From an uncultured Clostridia bacterium (GTDB taxonomy: Bacteria > Bacillota > Clostridia > TANB77 > CAG-508), in contig CAUWGC010000001.1 in the NCBI GenBank assembly GCA_963558405.1, positions 32,001-96,000 of the forward strand: a DNA stretch of 64,000 nucleotides. Direction: 5' to 3'. This document shows positions 21,594 to 32,429 of this stretch, one piece after another; the stretch's first letter is position 1; each line of letters opens with the position of its first letter. The position numbers and the translations under genes are program-made. A model generated the notes under the pieces. It did no database searches and was not told where the DNA came from. It saw nothing but the letters and a program-made list of their open reading frames with translations.

Positions 21594-22076
21594 TTGAAAA
21601 TGAAAAAAATTATAATTATTGTTATAATGCTTGTCTTAATTGGATGCTTTTTTGCATTTATGGATTATTTAAGGATTATCAAAGATAAAGAACCTATTTT
21701 TAGTATAAACGTTTATACAATAGGAGAAGCTGGGCAAAATGGAGACCACATGGGAAGTGATGTTTACTTAGGACTGGGGTATAAAATATATTCATATTCT
21801 AATTATCACCTAACAGGAATTCATTATAAAATGGTACCTATTTTTGCAACTTACAAAAATCCAAATACAACATTTCCTTTAATAGGGACTATTATAGGAG
21901 AAAAGGATGAATACTATGTTATAAAAATGTCAGACCATGTATATAAACTAAAAAAAATAGAAGGAAATAGATTTTCAATAGGAAAAAAAATAGTAGCAGT
22001 TTGTTTGGGAAACTCTTATAATGATTTAGATGATAAAGAGGTTATTGTTCCTTTAAGTATAGAGTATATGGATTAA
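21594..22076 (+). CDS. Hypothetical membrane-anchored protein
   Basis: N-terminal TM; PIF and YLGLGYKI motifs. Confidence 0.75.
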   Translation: MKMKKIIIIVIMLVLIGCFFAFMDYLRIIKDKEPIFSINVYTIGEAGQNGDHMGSDVYLGLGYKIYSYSNYHLTGIHYKMVPIFATYKNPNTTFPLIGTIIGEKDEYYVIKMSDHVYKLKKIEGNRFSIGKKIVAVCLGNSYNDLDDKEVIVPLSIEYMD

Positions 22077-22130
22077 ACTTAAACTGTGGTTTCTTTTATA
22101 TACTATTGTGATATATAAAATGTTTTTTTG

Positions 22131-22241
22131 TTAATTTATAAAACAATAGAACAAATAAAACTTGGAAAAATGTGAAAAAAGTCGAGAAAACACATGGAAT
22201 TTTGTGATAAAAGTATATTGCTAACACTGGAATTTTGTGAT
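22131..22241 (+). repeat. Copy 2 of the ~110-bp direct repeat
   Basis: Same blocks as 21430-21540, with two GGAATTTTGTGATAAAA boxes 32 bp apart. Confidence 0.85.
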
Positions 22242-22265
22242 AAAATGTGTTTAGAGGTGATATAA

Positions 22266-23600
22266 ATGAGCCGTTTAAAGAGAAAAATAGATAAGTATTT
22301 AATAGAATGGAAAAATAATCCAGAAAGAAAACCTTTAATAGTAAAAGGTGCAAGGCAAATAGGAAAAACGGATGCAATAAAAAATTTTGCAGAAAAAAAT
22401 TATGAAAATGTAGTTGAAATCAATTTTGCACTTGAAGTTAAATACAAGTCTATTTTTGATAATGGATTTGAAGTTGATACAATAATAAAAAACATTTCAT
22501 TATTAAATCCTGAATTTAAGTTTATTCCTAAAAAAACATTAATTTTTTTTGATGAATTACAGGACTGTATCAATTGTGCTACATCATTAAAATCTTTTAA
22601 TATAGATAAAAGATATGATGTAATATGTTCAGGCTCAATGATGGGCATAAATTATAACGAAATTGAATCAAATAGTGTAGGTAATAAAGAAGATTATGAA
22701 ATGCATTCAATGGACTTTGAAGAATTTTTATGGGCTAAAGGCTACAATGATGAACAAATTGAAGATTTATATAAATGTATGAAAGAACTAAAACCATTAA
22801 GCAGTATACAATATGATATTATGATGGATAATTTTAAAGAATACATGGTATTAGGAGGAATGCCAGAAATTGTAGCTAATTTTATAAAAAACAAGAATTA
22901 TAGTGGTATATTAAAACTACAAAAACAAATTTTATTAGATTATGAAGAAGATATTGTAAAATATGCAGAAGGATTAGACAAAGCTAAAATTTTAAATGTA
23001 TATAGAAAGATACCTGTATTTTTAGGAAATGAAAATAAAAAATTTCAAATTTCAAAAATTGAATCTGGAGCAAGAAATAGAGAATACATTGGGGTTGTGG
23101 ATTGGTTAAACAATGCTGGAATAATTAATGTATGTTATTGTATGGAACAACCAGAACTACCATTGAAAGGTAATTACAACCCAGATAATTATAGAATTTA
23201 TTTTAGAGATACCGGACTGTTAATTGGCTCTTTAGATGATGAAGCACAAGAGGATTTAAGAGCAAATAAAAACTTTAATACATATAAAGGTGCTATTTAT
23301 GAAAATATAATTGGAGATATGTTGGTAAAAGAAGGATATCAGTTATATTTTTATAAAAATGAAAAAGGAACAATAGAAATGGACTTTTTTGTAAGAGATA
23401 AAGATTCTCTTATACCAGTTGAAGTAAAAGCAAACGACAATGCTACTGTTTCGTTAAATAATTTAATTGATGGAGAAAACTATAGAGATATAAAATACGG
23501 AATAAAGCTATGTAACAAAAATATTGGATTTAATGGAAAATTTTATACCTTCCCATATTTTTTAACTTTTTTATTAAAAAGATATTTGAAAGAAAAATAA
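22266..23600 (+). CDS. AAA_14 ATPase with DUF4143 C-terminal domain
   Basis: GARQIGKT, FFDELQ, GGMPE, YFRDTGLL, EMDF..PVEVK. Confidence 0.9.
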   Translation: MSRLKRKIDKYLIEWKNNPERKPLIVKGARQIGKTDAIKNFAEKNYENVVEINFALEVKYKSIFDNGFEVDTIIKNISLLNPEFKFIPKKTLIFFDELQDCINCATSLKSFNIDKRYDVICSGSMMGINYNEIESNSVGNKEDYEMHSMDFEEFLWAKGYNDEQIEDLYKCMKELKPLSSIQYDIMMDNFKEYMVLGGMPEIVANFIKNKNYSGILKLQKQILLDYEEDIVKYAEGLDKAKILNVYRKIPVFLGNENKKFQISKIESGARNREYIGVVDWLNNAGIINVCYCMEQPELPLKGNYNPDNYRIYFRDTGLLIGSLDDEAQEDLRANKNFNTYKGAIYENIIGDMLVKEGYQLYFYKNEKGTIEMDFFVRDKDSLIPVEVKANDNATVSLNNLIDGENYRDIKYGIKLCNKNIGFNGKFYTFPYFLTFLLKRYLKEK

Positions 23601-23608
23601 AAATAGTA

Positions 23609-23637
23609 TTGACAAAAGAGGAAAGTAAATATAGAAT
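23609..23637 (+). promoter_or_regulatory. Sigma-A promoter of the pilin-like gene
   Basis: TTGACA-17 nt-TAGAAT. Confidence 0.75.
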
Positions 23638-23845
23638 AAGGTAGAAATAACTTCTATAAAAGAAGAAAGAACATTGAAAACAGAATAACCCTAAAGAATT
23701 GTGAGAAATCTTCTTGAATAGAAGTGATTTCAAAGGAAAATATAAATTAAAAAGAAAAAATAAAAGCAAAAACAAATAAAAGTAAACTTAAAGAATAAAA
23801 GCAAAATAAATGTAAATAATAAAAATACAAAGGAGGAGAAAGAAA

Positions 23846-25151
23846 GTGAAGAAGATGAATATTAAAAAGGGTAATTCTGGTATAACACTAATAGCTCTAG
23901 TAATAACAGTAATAGTGTTAATAATATTAGCAGGTGTAACAATAAGCTTGGTAGTAGGTGATAATGGTATTATCACTAAAGCAAAAGAAGCAAAGCAAAA
24001 TATGACAAATGCATCAGCAGATGAAAAAGAACTATTGCAAAATATGTTAAATGAAATGAATGAAATAGAGAGTGGTATTGGAGGAGGAGAAGTAACCCCA
24101 CCAACCCCACCAAAAGACCCTATAAAAGACCCAGAAAATTGGAATAAGGATAAAGTGCCAGAAGTAGTAACAGAAGGAAATAGACATGCACCAATTCCAA
24201 AAGGATACGTAGTATCAAAAGTAGATGGAGAAAAGACAATAAGTGGAGGATTAGTAATATATGAAAGAACAGAAGAAGTAACAAACGAAAATGTGGTAGA
24301 AGCCCAAAAAACAAGAAATCAATATGTGTGGATTCCAGTAGATGAAATAAATGATATGATAATGTGTAAAAGTAAGACAGCTGATAGCCAGTGCAAAATA
24401 ATAAAGGTAGAAGATGTTGGTTCACCAAATGGATTCAAATTAAAGTGTTCAACCCATAAATCAGAAGACCTAGCAGGAAAGATATACGATTCAGAAAGGA
24501 AAGATACAGGTGGAGGAGTATATTCTGCTATAATGGACTTTTCGCAAACTAATCAAAGTTACAGTGCAAATAGAAAAGAGCCTGCCGTAGTAGGTGGTGA
24601 CGAAGGACAACAAGTAACATTAAATCAAATGAATAAAGATTTTGTAGAAATGGTAAAAAGCGTATATGTTTATGGTGGTTTCTATTTAGGTAGATACGAG
24701 ATAGGTGTAGGAGGAACTACTAAGAAAGAACAAACTGTATTACGTAATGATTCAGAAGCAAATAATTGGTACGGATTATATAAGACAATAAGACACAAAG
24801 CAACAGGAGATGAGGTCGTAAATAAAGATATGATATGGCGGAAGCCAATATGACCAAGTTATCAAGTTTTTAGGAGATGAAGCACAGATTGCTCATAAAG
24901 ATAGACCGCCTACATCACCACAGCAATCAGGAAAAACAACAGATGTAATGAAAAATATATATGACCTAGAAGGTAATTTTTATGAATGGACACAAGAAGC
25001 GAGCGACACTTACGATCGTACTTATCGTGGAGGCTATTACAACGATGCAAGCCGTAACAGTTGGGGCCCTGCGTCCTATTGGATTAGCAACCTTCCGACC
25101 AGTACCATTGGCAACGCATCCAGTCGTTCAGCACTTTATGTAACGCTGTAA
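23846..25151 (+). CDS. Type IV pilin-like protein with C-terminal CLec/FGE-like domain; +1 frameshift at CGG 24839; probable DGR target
   Basis: GITLIALVITVIVLIILAGV prepilin-like start; NQYVWIPV, GGFYLGRYE; skipping C24839 gives MIWGSQYDQ and joins in frame to KNIYDLEGNFYEWTQE..RGG..SSRSALYV (about 434 aa). Confidence 0.85.
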
Positions 25152-25327
25152 AAGCTGGTAGCGATAAATTAAAACGAACTCATGTTTGAGCCAATAAAAT
25201 AATTGAATAAGTCGCAGTACATTAGCGAACAAAGTACGCTAATGTGGAAAATTTAACATTGGAGCACTTTTGAGCATACGTAAGTATGAGCAAAAGGTAC
25301 AAGAGGAAATTTTTAGAGTTAAAATAT

Positions 25328-25369
25328 AACAGTGTAATTTTAAAGTAAATTTGAATTACACTGTTTTTT
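25328..25369 (+). terminator. Rho-independent terminator
   Basis: AACAGTGTAATT/AATTACACTGTT stem plus T run. Confidence 0.75.
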
Positions 25370-25567
25370 ATTTTATAAAAAACTGCCGAATATTAACCAA
25401 CAAAATACAAAAAATAGTTGAAAAAACAAATTAAATACGATATAATGTGTTATGTCATAAAAGTGAAATTATGTTACATACGTGTTAAATGTTTATTACA
25501 ATTAGGTAAATAGTCTTGACATATGCAAAAAAAATAATAAAATATAGGTATCTAAAAGAGGTGAAGT

Positions 25568-26131
25568 ATGCGAGTAATTAGTGGATTGGCAAGAGGGACA
25601 CATTTAATTAGCGTTGATGAGGATTTTGTAAGACCCACCTTGGATAGAGTAAAGGAATCATTATTTAATATGATACAAACTAGAATTATGGATGCAAATG
25701 TTTTAGATTTATTTGCTGGAAGTGGAGCACTTGGGATTGAATGTATCAGTAGAGGTGCTAAAAAGGCTTTCTTTTGTGATAAGTCTCCCAAATGTATTAA
25801 CGTAATAAAGCAAAATTTAAAAAAGACCAGATTCGAAGAAAAAACATGTATCCTAAATAAGGATTTCAAAAAATGTTTAGAAATATTAGCAAAAGACAAA
25901 GAGGTATTTGACATTATATTTGTAGATCCTCCATATAAATTAAATTTAGCAAAACAAGCAATTGAAAAAATATTAGAATTAAATTTAATTTCAAATGATG
26001 GAATCATTATCTTAGAAACAGATGAAGAAGAACGTGATTTAGAAAACGTAAAACATTTAAATGTGGATATAATAGATAAAAGAAAATATGGAAGAGTTAG
26101 CTTAATATTTTTAAATTCGAAAGGGGCTTAA
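25568..26131 (+). CDS. rsmD: 16S rRNA m2G966 methyltransferase
   Basis: MRVISG, RPTLDRVKESLF, LDLFAGSGALG, DPPY. Confidence 0.96.
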   Translation: MRVISGLARGTHLISVDEDFVRPTLDRVKESLFNMIQTRIMDANVLDLFAGSGALGIECISRGAKKAFFCDKSPKCINVIKQNLKKTRFEEKTCILNKDFKKCLEILAKDKEVFDIIFVDPPYKLNLAKQAIEKILELNLISNDGIIILETDEEERDLENVKHLNVDIIDKRKYGRVSLIFLNSKGA

Positions 26132-26136
26132 ACCAA

Positions 26137-26574
26137 ATGGAAATATTTACACTACTAGAAACATTGGAAGATATATTAGAAAATAGCAAAAATTTACCAT
26201 TCTCTAATAAAGGAATTGTAGATAAAGAAGAAATACTAGAAATTATAAAGGAAATAAGATTAAAATTACCAGATGAATTAAAACAAGCTAAATGGGTAAA
26301 AGAGGAAAGACAACGTATTTTAGTAGAAGCACAAAAAGAAGCTGACGATATTGTAAAAGAAGCTGAAAATAGAATTATTTCTATGATAGATGAGCATGAA
26401 ATTACAAGAAAAGCATATGAGCAAAAAGCTGAAATTATTGAGACTGCAAATGAGATGTCAAGAGAAATTTCAAAAGGAACTAAAGATTATGCTGATAATA
26501 TTTTAGAAGGAATAGAAGTTGCTCTTCAAGATGCTTTAACAGTTATTCAAAACAACAGAAAAGAATTAAAATAA
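26137..26574 (+). CDS. Conserved coiled-coil protein usually found after rsmD-coaD
   Basis: LPDELKQAKWVKEERQRILVEAQKEA. Confidence 0.85.
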   Translation: MEIFTLLETLEDILENSKNLPFSNKGIVDKEEILEIIKEIRLKLPDELKQAKWVKEERQRILVEAQKEADDIVKEAENRIISMIDEHEITRKAYEQKAEIIETANEMSREISKGTKDYADNILEGIEVALQDALTVIQNNRKELK

Positions 26575-26684
26575 GCTAAAAAAAATCGGAAGTTGGAAGT
26601 CTAGAACATAGAAAAGATTTCCGAACTTACGATTTTTTTCTTTGTACTTTAAAATGATAAACTAACAAGAAAGGGATGTAAAAA

Positions 26685-29120
26685 TTGGCAAAAGGAAAAA
26701 GAAGTAAAAAAAATAAGTCAAAAATGAAAATAGATATAGCAGTAGTGGGCGTAATAATTATTAGTATTTTGCTTGCTATTTTAATATATACAAATTCAGG
26801 ATATATTGGAGAACATCTAAGTCCTATGCTAGGTGGTTTAATGGGATTTATGAAATATGTTTTACCAATAGGTATGTTTGCAATAGGAATTTATTTAGCC
26901 TTAGATGATAAAGATTATTTATATACAAAACTTTTTCAATATGCAATATTTATTATTGCTATATCAGCAGTTTTTAGTATATATCAAATATCTGTTGGAA
27001 CAATAGATCCAAATTTAGAATTTGGAGAAGCTGTAAAAAAATCATACGAATTAGGAGAATTTAATATTGGTGGAGGAGTAATAGGTATTTGTGTTGCATA
27101 TCCACTAGTTAAATTATTGGGTACATTAGGAACAGTTATTCTTTGCATAGGAATTGCTATAATACTACTTATTTTTATGTTTGGAATAAGACCATCTGAA
27201 TATTTAGTTGCATTTTTGGATATGCTAGAAGAAAGAAAAGAGGAAAAAAGAGCACAAAAAGAAGCTAGAAAACAAGAAGAAAATGAAAATTCTGTTAGAA
27301 TATCAAAAAGAGAAGAAAGACAAAGAATACGTGAAGAAAAAGCAAGATTACGTGAAGAAGCTAAAAAGCAAGAAGAACCAATGGAAAATCAAATACGTAT
27401 TAATGGATTATTAGAAGATGAAGTAGAAAAAGGAAAACCAAAAAAATATAATCATGATAAAAATGATTTAATTCCTTTAGGAATGGAAAATAAGAAAAAA
27501 GATATTCCATCACCAGATTATATTGAAGCTGATTTATTTAAAAAACAAGAAGAAACAAAAGAAGAAAAGACAAAAGAAGTTTTATTACTAGAACATACAA
27601 TGACAGTAGAAGATGAAGATTATGAATTTCCACCAGTAGCTTTATTAAGCGAAGGTGATAAAAAAGCAAATAAAGGTGGAAAAAAGGCTGTTACAGATAC
27701 AGCTACTAAATTACAAAAAACACTATATAGTTTTGGAGTATCTGCAAAAGTAGAAAATGTATCTATTGGACCTGCTATAACACGTTATGAACTTAAACCA
27801 GCAGAAGGTGTAAGGGTAAGTAAAATAGCAAATTTGGCAGATGATATTGCTTTAAATTTAGCAGCAGAAACAATTCGTATAGAGGCTCCAATACCAGGTA
27901 AGCAAGCAGTAGGAATAGAAGTTCCAAACAAAGAAAATGAAATAGTTCATTTAAGAGAAATTATTGAGGATAATAGTTTTTCTGGTCATAAATCAAAACT
28001 TGCATTTGCATTAGGTAAAGATGTTGCTGGGGAAAACGTAGTAACAGATATTGCAAAAATGCCTCACGTATTAATTGCTGGTTCAACAGGTTCTGGTAAA
28101 AGTGTTTGTATTAATACAATGATAGCAAGTATAATATATAAAGCAAAACCAAGTGAAGTAAAACTTCTAATGATTGACCCAAAAGTTGTAGAACTTTCTG
28201 TATATAATGGAATTCCTCATTTGTTAATTCCAGTAGTAACTGATCCTAAAAAAGCTGCAGGAGCGTTAGCTTGGGCAGTACAAGAAATGGTTAACAGATA
28301 TAGTTTATTTGCAGCAAAAGGAGTTCGAGATATAAAAGGTTATAATGAGTCTTTAGAAAAAGAAGATGGAGAAGAATCAAAAGCAAAATTACCTCAAATT
28401 GTTATTATTATAGATGAGCTTGCCGATTTAATGATGGTAGCAGCAAAAGATGTAGAAGATGCAATTTGTCGTTTAGCACAAATGGCAAGAGCTGCAGGAA
28501 TGCATTTAGTAATTGCAACTCAAAGACCATCTGTTGATGTTATTACAGGTATTATTAAAGCAAATATACCTTCAAGAATTGCATTTGCAGTATCTTCACA
28601 AGTAGATTCTAGAACTATTTTGGATATGGCAGGAGCAGAAAAATTATTAGGAAAAGGTGATATGCTATTTTATCCATCTGGTGCACCAAAACCTACAAGA
28701 GTGCAAGGAGCATTTGTTTCAGATAAAGAAGTAGAAAAAATTGTAGACTTTTTAAAAGCAAATGGAGAAGTTCTTTATAATGAAGATATAATAGAACAGG
28801 TAGAAAAAGCAAATAGCACAGATAAAGAAATAAAAGAAGCCGAAGATGATGACGATGATACAGATCCATTTTTAATGGAAGCTATTGATACGGTAGTAGA
28901 AACAGGACAAGCATCTACATCATTTATACAAAGAAGATTTAAAGTAGGATATGCAAGAGCAGGAAGAATTATTGACCAAATGGAGGAAAGAGGAATTATT
29001 TCTGGTTACCAAGGAAGCAAGCCAAGAGAAGTATTAATGCCAAAAGAAAGATGGGCAGAATTAAAAATGTCTGGTGCAATAGGACAAGCGGAAAAAACAA
29101 GTGACACTATAGAAGAATAA
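26685..29120 (+). CDS. ftsK: DNA translocase FtsK/SpoIIIE
   Basis: 4-TM N-terminus, GSTGSGKS, IDELADLM, ATQRPS, gamma domain QRRFKVGYARAGR. Confidence 0.97.
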   Translation: MAKGKRSKKNKSKMKIDIAVVGVIIISILLAILIYTNSGYIGEHLSPMLGGLMGFMKYVLPIGMFAIGIYLALDDKDYLYTKLFQYAIFIIAISAVFSIYQISVGTIDPNLEFGEAVKKSYELGEFNIGGGVIGICVAYPLVKLLGTLGTVILCIGIAIILLIFMFGIRPSEYLVAFLDMLEERKEEKRAQKEARKQEENENSVRISKREERQRIREEKARLREEAKKQEEPMENQIRINGLLEDEVEKGKPKKYNHDKNDLIPLGMENKKKDIPSPDYIEADLFKKQEETKEEKTKEVLLLEHTMTVEDEDYEFPPVALLSEGDKKANKGGKKAVTDTATKLQKTLYSFGVSAKVENVSIGPAITRYELKPAEGVRVSKIANLADDIALNLAAETIRIEAPIPGKQAVGIEVPNKENEIVHLREIIEDNSFSGHKSKLAFALGKDVAGENVVTDIAKMPHVLIAGSTGSGKSVCINTMIASIIYKAKPSEVKLLMIDPKVVELSVYNGIPHLLIPVVTDPKKAAGALAWAVQEMVNRYSLFAAKGVRDIKGYNESLEKEDGEESKAKLPQIVIIIDELADLMMVAAKDVEDAICRLAQMARAAGMHLVIATQRPSVDVITGIIKANIPSRIAFAVSSQVDSRTILDMAGAEKLLGKGDMLFYPSGAPKPTRVQGAFVSDKEVEKIVDFLKANGEVLYNEDIIEQVEKANSTDKEIKEAEDDDDDTDPFLMEAIDTVVETGQASTSFIQRRFKVGYARAGRIIDQMEERGIISGYQGSKPREVLMPKERWAELKMSGAIGQAEKTSDTIEE

Positions 29121-29159
29121 TATCAAAAGATAAAATAAATTTTGTTAAAAGGAGTTTTC

Positions 29160-30728
29160 ATGGAAAAAGAAGAAATTTTTGCAAAATTAAAAAGAAAAGA
29201 TTATAACAATCAATTGGAACAGGTCTTAGAAAATAAGGCCTTTTCTGAGATTGTCAAAAATTTACTTCTTAGTATGTTTTATAAAATAGAAAATGCATAT
29301 GGAGATTATCAAAAAGTAAAACAAGAAGTTCCAACAAAAGGAGAATTTTTAGAAAATTTAATTCAAATTATTAATGAAGAATGTGAAGAAATTATATTAG
29401 TTGAACCACAGTCAAAAGAAGGACAAGAAATAGAAAAAAATAATATACCATATATTATAAATAAAGAAGAAAAGAAAATTATAGTATATCCAAATGAAAA
29501 AAAATTATTAAATGCAATTTTACAATTAAGTAAAAATAGAATATGCTTTTCTAGCAAAGATACAATTTTTTCTGAAGCAATTTGTGAATTTACTAAAATA
29601 GGAAATTGTATGAATAAAACAGAAGTAATAAGAGATTTTAATGGTTGGTCATGGGATATTAGTAAATTAGAAATAGAAAACATTAAGTATAATTTAATGT
29701 ATCAAAATTTACTATTTTTGGTTGGAGAAGATTTTTTAAACAATTGGATAAAAAATACATTTAGTGAAGTAGAACCAATAAAAATATTAGAAAAAAAGCT
29801 TACAGATGATTATCAAAAAGATGCAGAATTGTTTATAGAAAATTTATATAGAATGATTCTTATAATCTATGCAGAGCAAAATAAAGATAAAAAGGAAAAA
29901 ATATTAGAACAACTATGTTTAAAAAAGAGACAATTAGAACTTTTAGAAAATAAAAAAGAGCTTTTAGAAGAGATTACTAAAAGTAAGAGAGAAATCAACA
30001 AAAAAATAGGAAGAATTGATAAAATTTTAAATGATAACGATTTAATTAGAGAAGAATATCAAAAAAGAAATGCTAAACTTCCAAATAAAGATAAAATTTT
30101 TAGTATAAGTCATTTAGCAGATAGGTTAGAAGCAGAAAGAAAAGTTCATCTAAAGGCAATTGAAGAATATAATCAAATGTTAGATCCTAAAGAATATGTT
30201 ACAAGAAAAAATAAAGTTAAAGAAGAAATTGATTTTTTAGAAAGTTTACAATTAGATAAAGAAGTAAATTTAGAAAATATTTTGTGTGAATTACAAAGAG
30301 ATTTTTTAAAATGTATTTCAATAAAAATTCAAACTTGCCAAAACAAAAAGGATATTATATATTTAATATACTTATTTAGATATTATAATTTATTACCTTT
30401 TTCAAAAGAAAAAGAAATACATGAGATAACACAAATAGAAAATTATTTAGAATTAGTAGAAAGGCAATTATTAAAAAAATCAAAAGAATTAAAAGCGTAT
30501 ATAGATTTAGAAGCTGATGAATTATTGGAATATAAGATTTTTAAAAATATACTAAAAACAAAAATTGTTAATCTAGAAAATATCTCAATAAAAATAAAAG
30601 TAAAAGAAGAAGAGTTAAAAGTAGAATGTTATGACGAAAATATTTTAGAAGAAGAATGGAATTTGACAATATCAAATATGAATGATAAGCTAAAAAAGAA
30701 CAAAAAAATAAAAATTTTAATATCATAA
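29160..30728 (+). CDS. Hypothetical coiled-coil protein
   Basis: Long ORF; ATG after AAGGAG; RDFNGWSW motif. Confidence 0.8.
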   Translation: MEKEEIFAKLKRKDYNNQLEQVLENKAFSEIVKNLLLSMFYKIENAYGDYQKVKQEVPTKGEFLENLIQIINEECEEIILVEPQSKEGQEIEKNNIPYIINKEEKKIIVYPNEKKLLNAILQLSKNRICFSSKDTIFSEAICEFTKIGNCMNKTEVIRDFNGWSWDISKLEIENIKYNLMYQNLLFLVGEDFLNNWIKNTFSEVEPIKILEKKLTDDYQKDAELFIENLYRMILIIYAEQNKDKKEKILEQLCLKKRQLELLENKKELLEEITKSKREINKKIGRIDKILNDNDLIREEYQKRNAKLPNKDKIFSISHLADRLEAERKVHLKAIEEYNQMLDPKEYVTRKNKVKEEIDFLESLQLDKEVNLENILCELQRDFLKCISIKIQTCQNKKDIIYLIYLFRYYNLLPFSKEKEIHEITQIENYLELVERQLLKKSKELKAYIDLEADELLEYKIFKNILKTKIVNLENISIKIKVKEEELKVECYDENILEEEWNLTISNMNDKLKKNKKIKILIS

Positions 30729-30757
30729 TATACAAAAGTAAAGAGAGGAGAAAAATT

Positions 30758-32408
30758 ATGAATGTTACATTTTTAGGTGCTGCAAAAACTGTAACTGGAT
30801 CAAACTTTTTAGTAGAAGGTGCAGGAAAAAAATTTTTAGTGGATTGTGGAATGTATCAAGGTCAAGCAAGTTTAGAAATGGAAAATAATGAACCTTTTGC
30901 ATTTTCAGTACAAGATATTGATTTTATGTTATTAACACATGCCCACATTGACCATTCTGGAAGAATACCAAAACTATATAAAGAAGGATATAGAAAGCCT
31001 GTATATGCTACTAAAGCTACATGTGATTTATGTGCAATAATGTTACCAGATAGTGGTCATATTCAAGAAATGGAAATAGAATGGAGAAACAGAAAAAGAA
31101 AAAGAGAAGGTAAAGAACCACTTCCACCACTATATACAGCAGAAGAAGCTGCCCGTTCTTTAGAAATATTTAATCCTGTACAATATGATGAAATTATTGA
31201 AATCGATTCTAATATCCATGTTCGTTTTAATGATGCAGGTCATATGCTTCGGTTCTAGCATTATAGAAATATGGATAAAAGAAGGAGAAGAAGAAAAGAA
31301 AATAGTATTTACAGGAGATTTGGGAAATAATGATATACCACTTTTGGCTTCTCCAACCATGATAGAAAGCGCAGATTATTTAGTAATGGAATCAACATAT
31401 GGAAGTAGACTTCATATGAGAAATGATGATAAAGCAGAAATGTTTTTAGATATTGTTTCAGAAACATTAGATAATGGTGGAACAGTTGTAATACCATCAT
31501 TTGCAGTAGGTAGAACACAGGAAATATTATACGAAATAAATAAGTTAAAAGAAAAACGTAATGACGAAGAGTTTAGAAGAAAATATAAAACATTAATGCG
31601 TACACCAGTTTATGTAGATAGTCCTTTAGCAATTTCTGCAACAGAAGTATTTAAAGAAAATATGGATTTATTTGATGAAGATGTAAAACATGCAATTGCA
31701 AGTGGAGATAATCCACTAGAATTTCCTGGATTAAAATTTACAATAACTTCAGATGAATCAAAGGCTTTAAACGAAAGTGATGAACCATCAATTATTATTT
31801 CTGCAAGTGGAATGTGTGAAGTTGGCCGTATAAAACATCATTTAAAACATAATTTATGGAATCCAAAAAGCACTATTTTATTTGTAGGATATCAGGCTCC
31901 AGGAACTTTAGGAAGTAGAATTGTAAATGGAGAGAAAAAAGTTAAAATTTTTGGAGAAGAAATTGCAGTAAATGCTAGAATTGAGTATATAGAAGGATAT
32001 TCTGGACACGCTGACCAAGAATGGCTTCTTAATTTTGTATATTCTTTTATAACAAAACCAAAACATATATTTTTAGTACATGGAGAGCCAGAAGCTCAAG
32101 AAGTATTAAAACAAAAAATAGAAGAAGAAACTAAAATACCAGTAGAAATTCCAAGTTTTGGTGAAACATATAAGATAGAAGATTTACAAGTAGAAGTTAT
32201 TAATAAATTAGAGTTACCAAATAAAGAAATAGAAGGTAAACAAATTGCTTTAGAAAAACTTCGTAAAATAAAAGAAGAAGTTTTAGATATGGAAGAAATT
32301 ATAAAAGAAGAAATTTTAACAAAAGATGCAAAAGATGAAGATGTTAAGGTTTTAAATCTAAGATTAAAAGAATTAGAAAATCAAATTGTTAGAATTATTC
32401 AAAACTAA
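30758..32408 (+). CDS. MBL-fold beta-CASP ribonuclease (YSH1-like); +1 frameshift at CGG 31250
   Basis: GAAKTVTGS, THAHIDHSG, AGHML|GSS (restored by skipping C31250), VFTGDLG, MESTYG, SGHAD, VHGE; about 549 aa when joined. Confidence 0.92.
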
Positions 32409-32429
32409 TAAAGAATAGAGGGAAAACAA

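Noticed and set aside
31185-31250. ORF-track N-terminus MMKLLKSILISMFVLMMQVICF that looks like a signal peptide
   Set aside because: It is the +1 shadow of the upstream half of the same nuclease gene, before the CGG shift.
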